From an uncultured Planctomycetota bacterium (GTDB lineage: Bacteria; Planctomycetota; Planctomycetia; Isosphaerales; Isosphaeraceae), in NCBI GenBank assembly GCA_963823665.1, contig CAWGMQ010000005.1, forward strand, positions 1,376,001 to 1,440,000: 64,000 nt of DNA. Reading direction: 5' to 3'. This document shows, in pieces, positions 35,267-44,296 of the stretch; within the stretch, counting starts at the first letter, position 1; each line of letters begins with the position of its first letter. The translations under genes were made by a program, and so were the position numbers. The notes beneath the pieces are model-generated. The model had not been told where the DNA came from. It searched no databases and saw only the letters and a list, made by a program, of their open reading frames with translations.

Positions 35267-35645
35267 CTACCGGGACTGGCCCCTTCGCAGGCTCCACAGT
35301 CCGCGCCGAGAGGATGAAGGTGAAGCCCCCGAGCCCGCCGAGCGCCCAGAGTGTCCAGACGAAGAAAAAGCCGCCGGGGGATCTGGCGATCTCGCCGTAA
35401 TGTGCCCCCCTCATGTGGATGACGGGCGTGCCTGCCGCGAACAATCCGACGAGCAGCATGATGACGTGCCCCGATCGCCGCTCGGGGAGCACGAGCGTCC
35501 CGTACAGGAGGACCGCGAGGATGAGCAGCGCGATGTTTGAGCTCTCGGCCTCCGATATCCCACGGACGATGTCGTCCGTAATGTGAAGCGTCAGCAAGAG
35601 GATCGAGAGCAGAGACGCGATGGTTAACATGGTGTTGTGTTTCAT
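35267..35645 (-). CDS. Small four-TM membrane protein; probable frameshift near the 3' end
   Basis: AGGAG RBS, MKHNTMLTIASLLSILLLTLH, four hydrophobic segments. Confidence 0.65.
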
Positions 35646-35677
35646 TGGAAATTCTCCTTGTTGGATTTGTGCGTGCC

Positions 35678-35747
35678 TCATTGCCCTGCTGCCTTTGCCT
35701 GCTCCCTCCAGCGCTGCTCGTTCACACCAAACACCAGGAGCCACAGC
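35678..35747 (-). pseudogene. C-terminal stub of a DUF4386-like membrane protein
   Basis: LWLLVFGVNEQRWREQAKAAGQ-stop begins directly at the edge of the family-B motif at 35748. Confidence 0.5.
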
Positions 35748-36267
35748 GGGGAGGGAAACACGGACGCGATTAGTTTGTCTATGCTCCCTCGGCTAAACAA
35801 GGTGTCGGGAACCCTATTGTAAGTTCGAAGCCCTCACCGCGGGATCGACGCCACGGCCGCCGTACGCCGCGCCGGGCTGGCCTCGAGGGCGTCGAGCAAG
35901 ACGACGGCTGCCTCGGCGTCGGCGAGGGGAATGAAACAGGGACGCGACGGGGAATGAAACAGGGACGCGACGAGTATTTCCAAGGACATCGAGAACGAGG
36001 AAAATCTGGTCGCCGATTTTTAGGCGACTGCCGGCCCGTCGAAGCTCCGCGCGAGGCTCGCCGAATGGAATGCTTCGCTCGATCCGCTCTTATCTTGAAG
36101 CAACTCCGACTCGGCTCGATCTCGCCGTTGTTCTCATTCGGGAAGCGCCCGAGATCGAGGCGTTCACGAAGGGCCACGCGGTTGCACACCACCGTTGAAA
36201 TCCGTGCAAAACACGCGAATTACCGAAACAGTAAGTGCCAGAGGCGTATGGTCTTCCGCTTCTTGGA

Positions 36268-36314
36268 CCATCCTCACACGGTGGAAGTCGCCGGTTCGAA
36301 GCCAGCGCCGCCCA
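36268..36314 (+). tRNA. 3' half of tRNA-Val(CAC); not a full tRNA, likely an att-site remnant
   Basis: Anticodon arm ccatc-ctCACac-ggtgg, variable loop aagtc, T-arm gccgg-ttcgaag-ccagc, acceptor strand gccgccc-a; no D-arm or 5' acceptor strand upstream. Confidence 0.75.
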
Positions 36315-36336
36315 TGAGAGTCCCGGCGAATTCGAA

Positions 36337-36708
36337 TCAAACGGGTTCAAGGTCCAGCACCACCCGCATGCCCAGTGCCGACGCCAAGGTTTCCATGGTC
36401 GCGATGGTCGGATTGAATTGCTTGCCCGTCTCCAGCTTCGACAGATTTGCACCCTTGATCCCGGTGCGCCGCTCCAGATCGCTTAGACTCAGACCTTGCC
36501 GCTCTCGCTCACGCCTGATCTTTGCGAGAAACTCCACAACGACCGGGGGCGCCTCCTTCGGTGGAAATTCCTCTTTGATCTCCTCGATTTCCTGGCCAAG
36601 TTTGGCCTGGTATTCGGGGGAGCGCCAGATGCGGCGGGCCTCATCGAGCTTCGCCTGTTCTTCGGGCGTCAGCGGCTTCCCTTTGGTTCGGTTAGATCGT
36701 TCGCTCAT
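36337..36708 (-). CDS. XRE-family HTH regulator or antitoxin
   Basis: IRRERERQGLSLSDLERRTGIKGANLSKLETGKQFNPTIATM. Confidence 0.88.
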   Translation of the reverse strand: MSERSNRTKGKPLTPEEQAKLDEARRIWRSPEYQAKLGQEIEEIKEEFPPKEAPPVVVEFLAKIRRERERQGLSLSDLERRTGIKGANLSKLETGKQFNPTIATMETLASALGMRVVLDLEPV

Positions 36709-37146
36709 GGTCCCTCTCCTCAGTCCAATTCGCAGGCCGTTGCAGGCCGGATGATGTTAAACGACTTGTCACCCATCACGTCGTATCCCTTCTCGACGAA
36801 AAGTTCCGTGCGATCATCGACCCCGCCCCACCAAGCCCCGACGACCCAGTACTGAGTCATGACCAATTCCCTTGAAGCGCGTGTTCTTATTGCAAGAGCC
36901 ACTCGATCATCGTGCGGTCCGAAGCGACCTGAACCTCGTCGTAATGGCTCGAGGCTCACCGCAACCGTGTCACACCCTCAGTCGAATGGCAAGTCACACA
37001 TAGCCGCTCGGCAACGCCAAGTTTTTCGTCGAGCGCACGATCCCGCCGCCGCACGCGGCGCACGCGCGGTCCGTCGCTCCGCCCATGATTATAGACGACT
37101 GGAATACGGTACAATGGGTTTGTTCGCTCTAAACAGAAAGGCACCC

Positions 37147-37497
37147 ATGACAACGTTGGATTTCGAACCCTTAAGCGTGGCTGTTCGTCTGCGCGAAGAC
37201 CCTCCCGGCGTGATCCGCGTCGGAAATAGCCACGTCCTTCTCGAATTGGTCCTCAACGCCTTCAAACGGGGAGAGTCTCCGGAGGGCATCGTCAGGTCTT
37301 ATCGGACACTGCAACTTGCCGACGTTTACGCGGTCGTCAGCCGTTACCTTGCTAATCCCGCCCCGTTCGACGAGTACCTTCGGCGATGTGACGAAGAAGC
37401 GGAAGCCATTCGACGCAAGATCGAAGCATCGCAGCGGCCAGGGCCAAGCAAGGAAGAATTGCTCGCTCGCGCCCGGGCGAAGGGACTGATCCCTTGA
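37147..37497 (+). CDS. DUF433-family antitoxin
   Basis: IRVGNSHVLLELVLNAFKRGESPEGIVRSYRTLQLADVYAVVSRYL. Confidence 0.88.
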   Translation: MTTLDFEPLSVAVRLREDPPGVIRVGNSHVLLELVLNAFKRGESPEGIVRSYRTLQLADVYAVVSRYLANPAPFDEYLRRCDEEAEAIRRKIEASQRPGPSKEELLARARAKGLIP

Positions 37498-37769
37498 TCG
37501 CGTTCCTGGGGAGCGAAACCGGGACGCAGCTAGATTCGCATGGAGTGAAACCGGGACGCAGCTAGACTCGGAGTTCCACGGACACCAAACCTGACTCTGT
37601 CGTTCCGAGTTCCGAGACTTGAGTTCCGGGGACACCATCCCTAACGCCCCGCCTCAGTGCCCATCTTCACCCGGTCCGCGATCGCTCGGCATGCCGCAGG
37701 TACAGAGTGCGCCAGAAGCCGATCCATCGGACCGAGCACCGCCCATATCATCGATCCATTCGGGCCGAC

Positions 37770-38897
37770 TCAAACAGAAAGAATCTGTTCCAGAACCCAT
37801 TCATAAACACCGAGCAAGGCTTCCATCCGTCCTTCCTCCACCAGGGATTCCAGCGGGAAGGACGGCCTTCTGGCGATGCTATCTACCGGAAGGGAAATGC
37901 CTGGAATCGCATTGAGTCGATTCAACTTCTCAATCCGAAGCGCCTCTGCGCCAAAGGGCGGCCTTCTCAGGTAATGCTGGAAATGCGTCTCGAAGCTGCC
38001 GTACGTGTAAACTGCGAAGAGTGGGTAGTCGATCCCCTCGTGCTGAAAGACCGGGACGAATGAGCCGGATTGTGCGCCCGCCCCCCAGTCGATTCTGGGA
38101 ACCTTCGATCTGCACCAATCGAGAATTCTCCTCGCAACTGGCACAGCGTCCGGGTGCTTCGCCTGCAAATCGGCGAAAAAGGAGGCTTCGTCCCATTTCC
38201 GCCCGGAGCTCGCTCCAACCGACTTGATCCTCTGCGCGGTCGCCGTTTGACCGATCAGAATCGGCGCAAGTGTACGCAGCCCTTGACCGACGCACTGCCT
38301 GATCTCGATCGCTAGGACTTCCGCAGGGTTCATCTGGCCGTTGAGAAACTCAACAATCCGACGCAGGCCGGGGGGTATCTCATCAGCCACGAAGATCAGC
38401 CGGATTCGACCGGCTTGGAGGTTCGTTTGAACGGCCTGCCAGAAATCTTCCCGTCCGTCTTCCGTACCGAGGAAATCCGTTAGCCTCTCGTCGGGGTCGA
38501 GCCCCCGCTCGCCACACGTCCGTTCGTAACGACTCCGGATCTCCTCAACCCGCCAGAACGCCGCACCGTTCGCGGCGTAATCCAGCATCTGGCCAACGAC
38601 CTCCCGACGGATCTGAGTGTTCGCGCTTCTCTTGACCTCCACAAGTGTCGGCACTGCATCCTGGTCGACAAACAAATGATCAAGAGAACCGCGATCGGCA
38701 CCGTCATCGCCGGAAACGCGCATCTCCCTGCTGACCAGCAGCCAACGCCTCGGCTTCTCCGGATCGATTTGGTCACCGGCTAATAAGTTCGAATAGTCGG
38801 CCAGGAGCCGTTGCAACAGAGCTTCAGAGTCATAAGGCGTTTCGCGCATCTCGACCAGCGCGCCGTCCTCGTGTAGAACGAAAATGCTGCCCGGCAT
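37770..38897 (-). CDS. PD-(D/E)XK (NucS/DUF91-like) nuclease-domain protein
   Basis: SEALLQRLL, SLDHLFVDQDAVPTLVEVKR, EVVGQMLDYAA. Confidence 0.75.
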   Translation of the reverse strand: MPGSIFVLHEDGALVEMRETPYDSEALLQRLLADYSNLLAGDQIDPEKPRRWLLVSREMRVSGDDGADRGSLDHLFVDQDAVPTLVEVKRSANTQIRREVVGQMLDYAANGAAFWRVEEIRSRYERTCGERGLDPDERLTDFLGTEDGREDFWQAVQTNLQAGRIRLIFVADEIPPGLRRIVEFLNGQMNPAEVLAIEIRQCVGQGLRTLAPILIGQTATAQRIKSVGASSGRKWDEASFFADLQAKHPDAVPVARRILDWCRSKVPRIDWGAGAQSGSFVPVFQHEGIDYPLFAVYTYGSFETHFQHYLRRPPFGAEALRIEKLNRLNAIPGISLPVDSIARRPSFPLESLVEEGRMEALLGVYEWVLEQILSV

Positions 38898-39118
38898 GTT
38901 GCTGACTCCTCGAAATCAAGAAGGCAATTCGCGCGAGAAGTGCTGCCAGTATGAGCGCACGCGGCTCGCATGTAAAAGTGTGGGGTTTTCCCGACCGCCG
39001 CCGCTCGATGCCCTATTCGGCCCTTGACCGCGGTTTGTATTTGTCGCGAAAGTCCTCGACGCTCATCATGGGCTTGGTTCTGTGGAAAAGGTGTCAGGAA
39101 CCGAAAACGGTCTTCCCG

Positions 39119-39553
39119 TCACACGTCACTTGGCGGATGCCAGCTCGCGAGCACCCAGTACGCTCGCACAATGAGCGCATCAGGATCGTCCGCAAGATGC
39201 AAAGCGGCAACAGTAGCACGCCCCGTCGGCGTCAGGCCCACCACCCGAATGCCGTCCGCGGACCAGCAAAAATGCTCGGACCAACGCTGAGTCCGCGGAT
39301 TGAACAGGGCCGTTTCAATGCCAGACTCGGGATCTCGTGCCGATGTCCGATCCGATTTAAAACGGTTGCAAAGCGGGCAACACAACCACAGGTTTGATTC
39401 CGTGCTGACGCCCCCTTTACCCTTGGGAATGATGTGCTCGATCTCCAGTCGCGCCATCACAAGTCGCTGCGGACTGAGACAGTAACCGCACCGATTCCCC
39501 GCGCTCGCACGAACGCGCCGTTCAACCTCCGGCGAAATCCAGTCACGCGGCAT
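39119..39553 (-). CDS. HNH endonuclease (TA-like pair with the upstream gene)
   Basis: RCGYC, EIEHIIP..KGG...NLWLCCPLCNRFK, LFNPRTQRWSEHF. Confidence 0.9.
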   Translation of the reverse strand: MPRDWISPEVERRVRASAGNRCGYCLSPQRLVMARLEIEHIIPKGKGGVSTESNLWLCCPLCNRFKSDRTSARDPESGIETALFNPRTQRWSEHFCWSADGIRVVGLTPTGRATVAALHLADDPDALIVRAYWVLASWHPPSDV

Positions 39554-39935
39554 GATCAGCATCTGCCCCGGCAGCGTCCACCGACGCTCGAAGGCCGCGC
39601 GCCACTGCTTCCTTCCACGCGCGCGCCTTCTGCACCAACCCCCGTCGATAAACGACGATAAGCTCGTCAAGCCGCGCACGCTCCGATCCCGCCAGCTTGC
39701 CCTCTCGGGCATCCGATAGCAAACCGCTCAGCTCCGCCTGAAGATCGGCGCCGATCACCGCGTCGCAAAGGGCTAAGACATCGCCATCGGGCATACCCGC
39801 CATCTCTTGCTCCGCGACCGCCTGGCCAATCCAGTCGACCGCCGCATCCTCGAGCCGGCGATTGGAGGCTGCGGCCGCGCTACGCGCGCGCCGGGCAAGC
39901 TCGTCCGAAAGTTCCACTGTGAGTGATTGACCCAT
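39543..39935 (-). CDS. Putative antitoxin partner of the HNH gene (RHH-like N-terminus)
   Basis: LTVELSDELARRARSAA; overlaps the HNH start. Confidence 0.7.
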   Translation of the reverse strand: MGQSLTVELSDELARRARSAAAASNRRLEDAAVDWIGQAVAEQEMAGMPDGDVLALCDAVIGADLQAELSGLLSDAREGKLAGSERARLDELIVVYRRGLVQKARAWKEAVARGLRASVDAAGADADHAA

Positions 39936-40114
39936 AAGCCCCACCTCGACAAGCTACCGCATCCGCCGGAGCTTCCCACGCCCTGCTCGCTCGGGCCGAC
40001 CGCCCAAACCTCCTGATGATCATACCATTTCGCCGATGCCCAGGCGAAGACCAACGCAAGCCCGATTCACCCCGCCAATGGATCTTCGTCCACGAGGTCA
40101 GACCCTCCACGGGG

Positions 40115-41133
40115 TCAGACCCAGTTTCAATTTAGTTCAGAATCCGGCCAACAACGGCAGCGTCGAGCCCAAATCGCGAAGCGTGTCCCCTACCCAAGAA
40201 ATTACAACCGAGCACACGCGTTGAGCCGGCCCGCCCGGATTGATATCCCGCTCATCCCGAAAGACAAGATCTTCAAACGGATAGCATTTGGTCCCGGCGA
40301 TTTTGGGAATTCCTGATCAGTCACCCCGGAGCAACCAGAAGTATGATCCGTGTTCGACCAGTATTTCGTGAGTCGCTTTGAAGCGACGTGTTCAGTGAAA
40401 TCGAGAAGCTCGCACGGGAGCTTCGGCCAAGATTGGAGCACGATGAACGACGTTCATCCGAAAAACGTCCAAAAACAACTGGCACAAACCACATCTGGCT
40501 CTCGAGAATGAAATGTGCCACGCGGACGTTCCGGCAAACAAGGTCTCTAACTGGAAAGCCTCACTCATGTGGAGATTAGCATGACTCGTCTGGTTATTCA
40601 TTCGCGAGTCGGCGCGGATGGTGTTGTGCACATCACCGTACCGATAGGCAAAGAAGACGCCGATCGGGACGTACAAGTGACCATCGATCCGGCTCCGGTC
40701 GAGCCGCCCCCGATGACGGAGCAGGAGTGGCGGGCCTTCGTCCTGTCAACAGCCGGCTCTTGGGAGGGAGACCTCGAGCGACCCAAACAGGGAGAGTAGC
40801 TCTTCATCCCAAAGCGACCGGAAACGGCGGTTCAGCTCGTTTTTCATTCCAATACATTGCCCTTCCATCGGCCCTCCATTCGATCAGACCCAATTTCAGT
40901 CTGATTCAGACGCCGGCCAAGAACCGCAGCATCGAGCCCAAAGCACGAAGCGTCTCCCCTCCCAAACAAATTTCAAGCGAGCACACGCGTTGAGCCGGAC
41001 CGCCCGGATTGATACCCGCTCATCCCGAAAGACAATATCTTCGAACGGATAGCATTTGGTCTCGGCGATTTTGGAACGTCCTGATCAGTCAGGCACCCTG
41101 GAGCAATCAGAAGTATGATCCGTGTTCGATCAG
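40115..41133 (+). repeat. Pair of non-coding direct repeats of about 250 bp (40115-40361 and 40884-41133)
   Basis: Colinear similarity from tcagaccca.tttca to agaagtatgatccgtgttcga. Confidence 0.9.
40581..40799 (+). CDS. Orphan antitoxin-like protein, paralog of 27189-27425
   Basis: MTRLVIHSRVGADGVVHITVPIG..DADRDVQV vs MTRIVLHSRTGPDGTLHLDVPLG..QADREVQV; no vapC follows. Confidence 0.75.
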   Translation: MTRLVIHSRVGADGVVHITVPIGKEDADRDVQVTIDPAPVEPPPMTEQEWRAFVLSTAGSWEGDLERPKQGE

Positions 41134-41559
41134 CATTCCATCAGTGGCCAAGCTCTCCGACTGCTTTCCTCTTCGATTTCTTGATTGTCCCGCCCCTGTG
41201 GCTCCGATCCGTGCCCCGCAATCCAAACGTCCCCGAGACCGCCCGTCCGAACCATCCCTCAGGAATGTGAGCGCCCGTCACGGCGCGCCCTACGACTCGA
41301 AGCAGCCCTATCACAGCGAGCCGTTAGCCCCCGATGTGGACACGGACGCAAGAGATCGCCAACGGAGCGCGGGCAGTAGCCCGGGAGATGAGTATGATAG
41401 AGAGAGAAAGCGGCGCACGAATCCTTCAATAAAAACCTGGGCTGAACGCTGGAGTATGATCGATGCCACGACCCAGAACAGAGACGAAACCACCCACCCG
41501 CACGAAACAGCCCGCCAGCACTAGAGCAATCCCAGGCGTCGAGGCCTCTCCGGTCCGTG

Positions 41560-41640
41560 CGCACGAGTGGCCCGAGGTGCTCACCCTGGCCGAGGCTGCC
41601 ACCTACCTGCGGGTCCCAGAACTTGAAGTGGTCCGCATGG
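41560..41640 (+). pseudogene. Excisionase-like HTH_17 fragment cut at a family-B motif
   Basis: EVLTLAEAATYLRVPELEVVRM followed immediately by the motif. Confidence 0.6.
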
Positions 41641-41856
41641 GGAGGGAAACAGGGACGCGATGAGTTCGTCTATGAATCTAACCGCTGGATGGAATCCGCG
41701 TAATTAGCTTATTGCCTCGGTCGCCATCCCGCCGACGGATCGGTTCAGGAAAAATGGTGATTTCAGCCCCTGTTTTCTTTACAATGAAGGGTAATTACAC
41801 GATGTTCACGGATGGGGGAATTGCCGTACGGGCGTCTCTCATTGCGGAGGTGGCAT

Positions 41857-43077
41857 ATGCTGGGCCTTGAGTATCTGTTGCTCTTTGGCGTCCCGGGCAA
41901 TAAATGGGAACTGATCGACGGCCGAATTCGCTGGGCATTCCCGTTTCTTGAGCGAGATGTTGCTGAATCGCACTTCGAGGCCTGGACGGAAACGCTCAGT
42001 CGCTGGCAAAACGCCGGCGCGCTCCAGGCTCACTCGACAACGACCGCCAACGGATCGCCCAAGCAGATCATCCAGTTCAACGGCATCGAGATGGGGCTCT
42101 ATCCAAAGCCGATCGAGTTGCGAATGCCCGTGGACTCCGAGGTCTTTGATGCCCTGTACCCTTCATTCTGGTGCCGCGATCTCTGGCCGGGCCAGAATCC
42201 CGGCTGCGAGACCGGATGGGAATGGTCTCAACGACATCATGATGTGCAGCTCAACCTCTGGAAGCTTTTCAGAGAGTTCTGTCACGTTTACGGAGGCAAG
42301 CAAAGCGGCCGCGTGGCAATCGCGCTCGATGACCGAAACGCCGTCGAGCCGGACCAATACTACTTTGCCTCGCCACGCAGCGAATGCATGATTGAGAACG
42401 ACTACTTCCAAGGTGTTCCACCACTGATCGCCGAGGTATTTTCCCCGGCGGGCCGAGCACTCGACGAAGGCGAGCGCATGCAAGTCTACCGGCGGGCCGG
42501 CGTCCGTCACTTGTCGCTACTCGATCCTGAGGCAGAGACGATCGATGAATACACGCTGGACAAAGGGGCGTATTCCAAGACGGGACGATATCAAGCAGGA
42601 GAAAGCTTCCAGCCGGTCGCGTTTCCCAAGGAATCTGTCGCGGTGGACGCACTCTTCGATACTCAAGAAAAGCGTCACGGTTTCTCGCGGTCAGAGACGG
42701 ACCTGGAGCCGGTGCCGCCATGGTTGATTTCCCCCGAGAAACGGGTCGGGCTCGAGGCATTGTTTTTCTTCGGCCATCCCGAGCGCCGCTACGAGATCTG
42801 GAACAACCGTGCACCGTGCATGTTAGCTTTTGGTTCCGTTGAAGAGGCGCAGGTGCGATTCCGGCATTTCCTCGACGAGATCTGCCGGTGGGAACAAATG
42901 GCGCTGGCCGAGCCGAGCTCGATCGAGCCCGGCATCGATATCGCCGAGGTTGGGCGCTTTCGGCTCATTCGACGCGGGACGCTCGTCCGGTTAGACGTCG
43001 CAATCGACGCCCGAAACTACCGCGAACTCTTGCGCGTCTGGAGCAAGCGGGAGGCATGGGATTGGGGCGAAGAATGA
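41857..43077 (+). CDS. Uma2/DUF820-family endonuclease flanked by a duplicated domain
   Basis: AVEPDQYY, GVPPLIAEVFSP, YRRAGVRH..LLDPEAE; GGAGG RBS before ATG 41857. Confidence 0.8.
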   Translation: MLGLEYLLLFGVPGNKWELIDGRIRWAFPFLERDVAESHFEAWTETLSRWQNAGALQAHSTTTANGSPKQIIQFNGIEMGLYPKPIELRMPVDSEVFDALYPSFWCRDLWPGQNPGCETGWEWSQRHHDVQLNLWKLFREFCHVYGGKQSGRVAIALDDRNAVEPDQYYFASPRSECMIENDYFQGVPPLIAEVFSPAGRALDEGERMQVYRRAGVRHLSLLDPEAETIDEYTLDKGAYSKTGRYQAGESFQPVAFPKESVAVDALFDTQEKRHGFSRSETDLEPVPPWLISPEKRVGLEALFFFGHPERRYEIWNNRAPCMLAFGSVEEAQVRFRHFLDEICRWEQMALAEPSSIEPGIDIAEVGRFRLIRRGTLVRLDVAIDARNYRELLRVWSKREAWDWGEE

Positions 43078-43474
43078 CCCGAGGGACGGCGCTTCGTGTC
43101 CCGGTCGCGCGCAGATTGGGGCTGAATACTCTGTGGATCTTCACGCTGCGCTCGACTTGTTTGACTCCGCAGCAGGCTCGCTCGATCTGCCGGTGACACA
43201 AAAGTACACACCGATCATCCCTCCGGCGACCGCGAACAGCAGCAAGAAGAGCATCTCAGCGATCCGGTAGCATCGGGTCAGTCCGTCCGACTTGATTCGG
43301 TTCATGCCGACCCATTCGTCCCAGCGGCCCTGCGGGTCGCTATCGTCAGAGACATGGCACCCTCCCAGAATGCGGTCGGGTTTGCGAGCGCGGCAAACCC
43401 GACGGCAATCGGCACCATCGCGGCCAGAATCATCGCGATCGAGATTCGCGGTTTCATCGATTTCGCTCGGAGAT

Positions 43475-44224
43475 TTATCGAAATCCGCCTGAAATGTAAA
43501 ACGTTTCCCCCGTGATCCAGGCCGAGTCGGACGACGCCAGGAATACGGCTGCGGGCGCGATGTCTTGGGGCTGCCCGATCCGCCCAAGAGGCGTATGTGA
43601 CTCGTACTGCTTGCGGAAATCGCCCTCGGACAATCCGGCAGCGTGCACACCTTCGGTTTCGACCATTCCCGGATTGATCGAATTGACCCGGATCTGGCGC
43701 GCACCGAGCTCCTGGGCGAGAGAACGCGTGATTGCATCGACCGCAGCCTTCGTCGCGCTGTAAACCGAAGTGCCGGGTGGCGCAGAGCTCGCGACCACAG
43801 AGCTGATGTTGATGATGCTTCCCCCCTCCGAACCGAAATGCTTCACCGCTTGCTGTGTCGCCAAGATCAGTCCCAGCACGTTCAAGTTAAACAACTTGTG
43901 GAAGTGCTCGGACGTGACCTCCTCGATCGGAGCGAATTCATACACGCCTGCATTGTTGACGAGGATGTCAAGATGTCCGAACGCCTTCTTCGATTCGGAG
44001 AAAAGTCGGGCGATCTCCGCCTGCTCCGCGCAGTTTGCCCCGATCGCAACCGCTTTGCCACCATTGCGCTCGATCTCGGCGACGACGCGGTCGGCGCCCG
44101 TCTTGCTACTGGAATAGTTTACGACAACCGACGCCCCCGCCGCAGCCAGGTGCTTGGCGATGGAAGCGCCGATGCCTTTCGATGCACCCGTGACGATTGC
44201 GACCTTGCCTGCAAGCTTTGACAT
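43475..44224 (-). CDS. SDR-family oxidoreductase (glucose 1-dehydrogenase/FabG-like)
   Basis: VTGASKGIG, NNAG, YSATK, RVNSINPG. Confidence 0.95.
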   Translation of the reverse strand: MSKLAGKVAIVTGASKGIGASIAKHLAAAGASVVVNYSSSKTGADRVVAEIERNGGKAVAIGANCAEQAEIARLFSESKKAFGHLDILVNNAGVYEFAPIEEVTSEHFHKLFNLNVLGLILATQQAVKHFGSEGGSIINISSVVASSAPPGTSVYSATKAAVDAITRSLAQELGARQIRVNSINPGMVETEGVHAAGLSEGDFRKQYESHTPLGRIGQPQDIAPAAVFLASSDSAWITGETFYISGGFR

Positions 44225-44296
44225 GGAAACCACTCCTCTGTTGGTGATCGATATCAACGCAGATATGATAGCGCGTGCGATCCCGGAGGCAAGTAC

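Noticed and set aside
36240..36314. Complete functional tRNA
   Set aside because: No D-arm or 5' acceptor strand; T-stem has a mismatch
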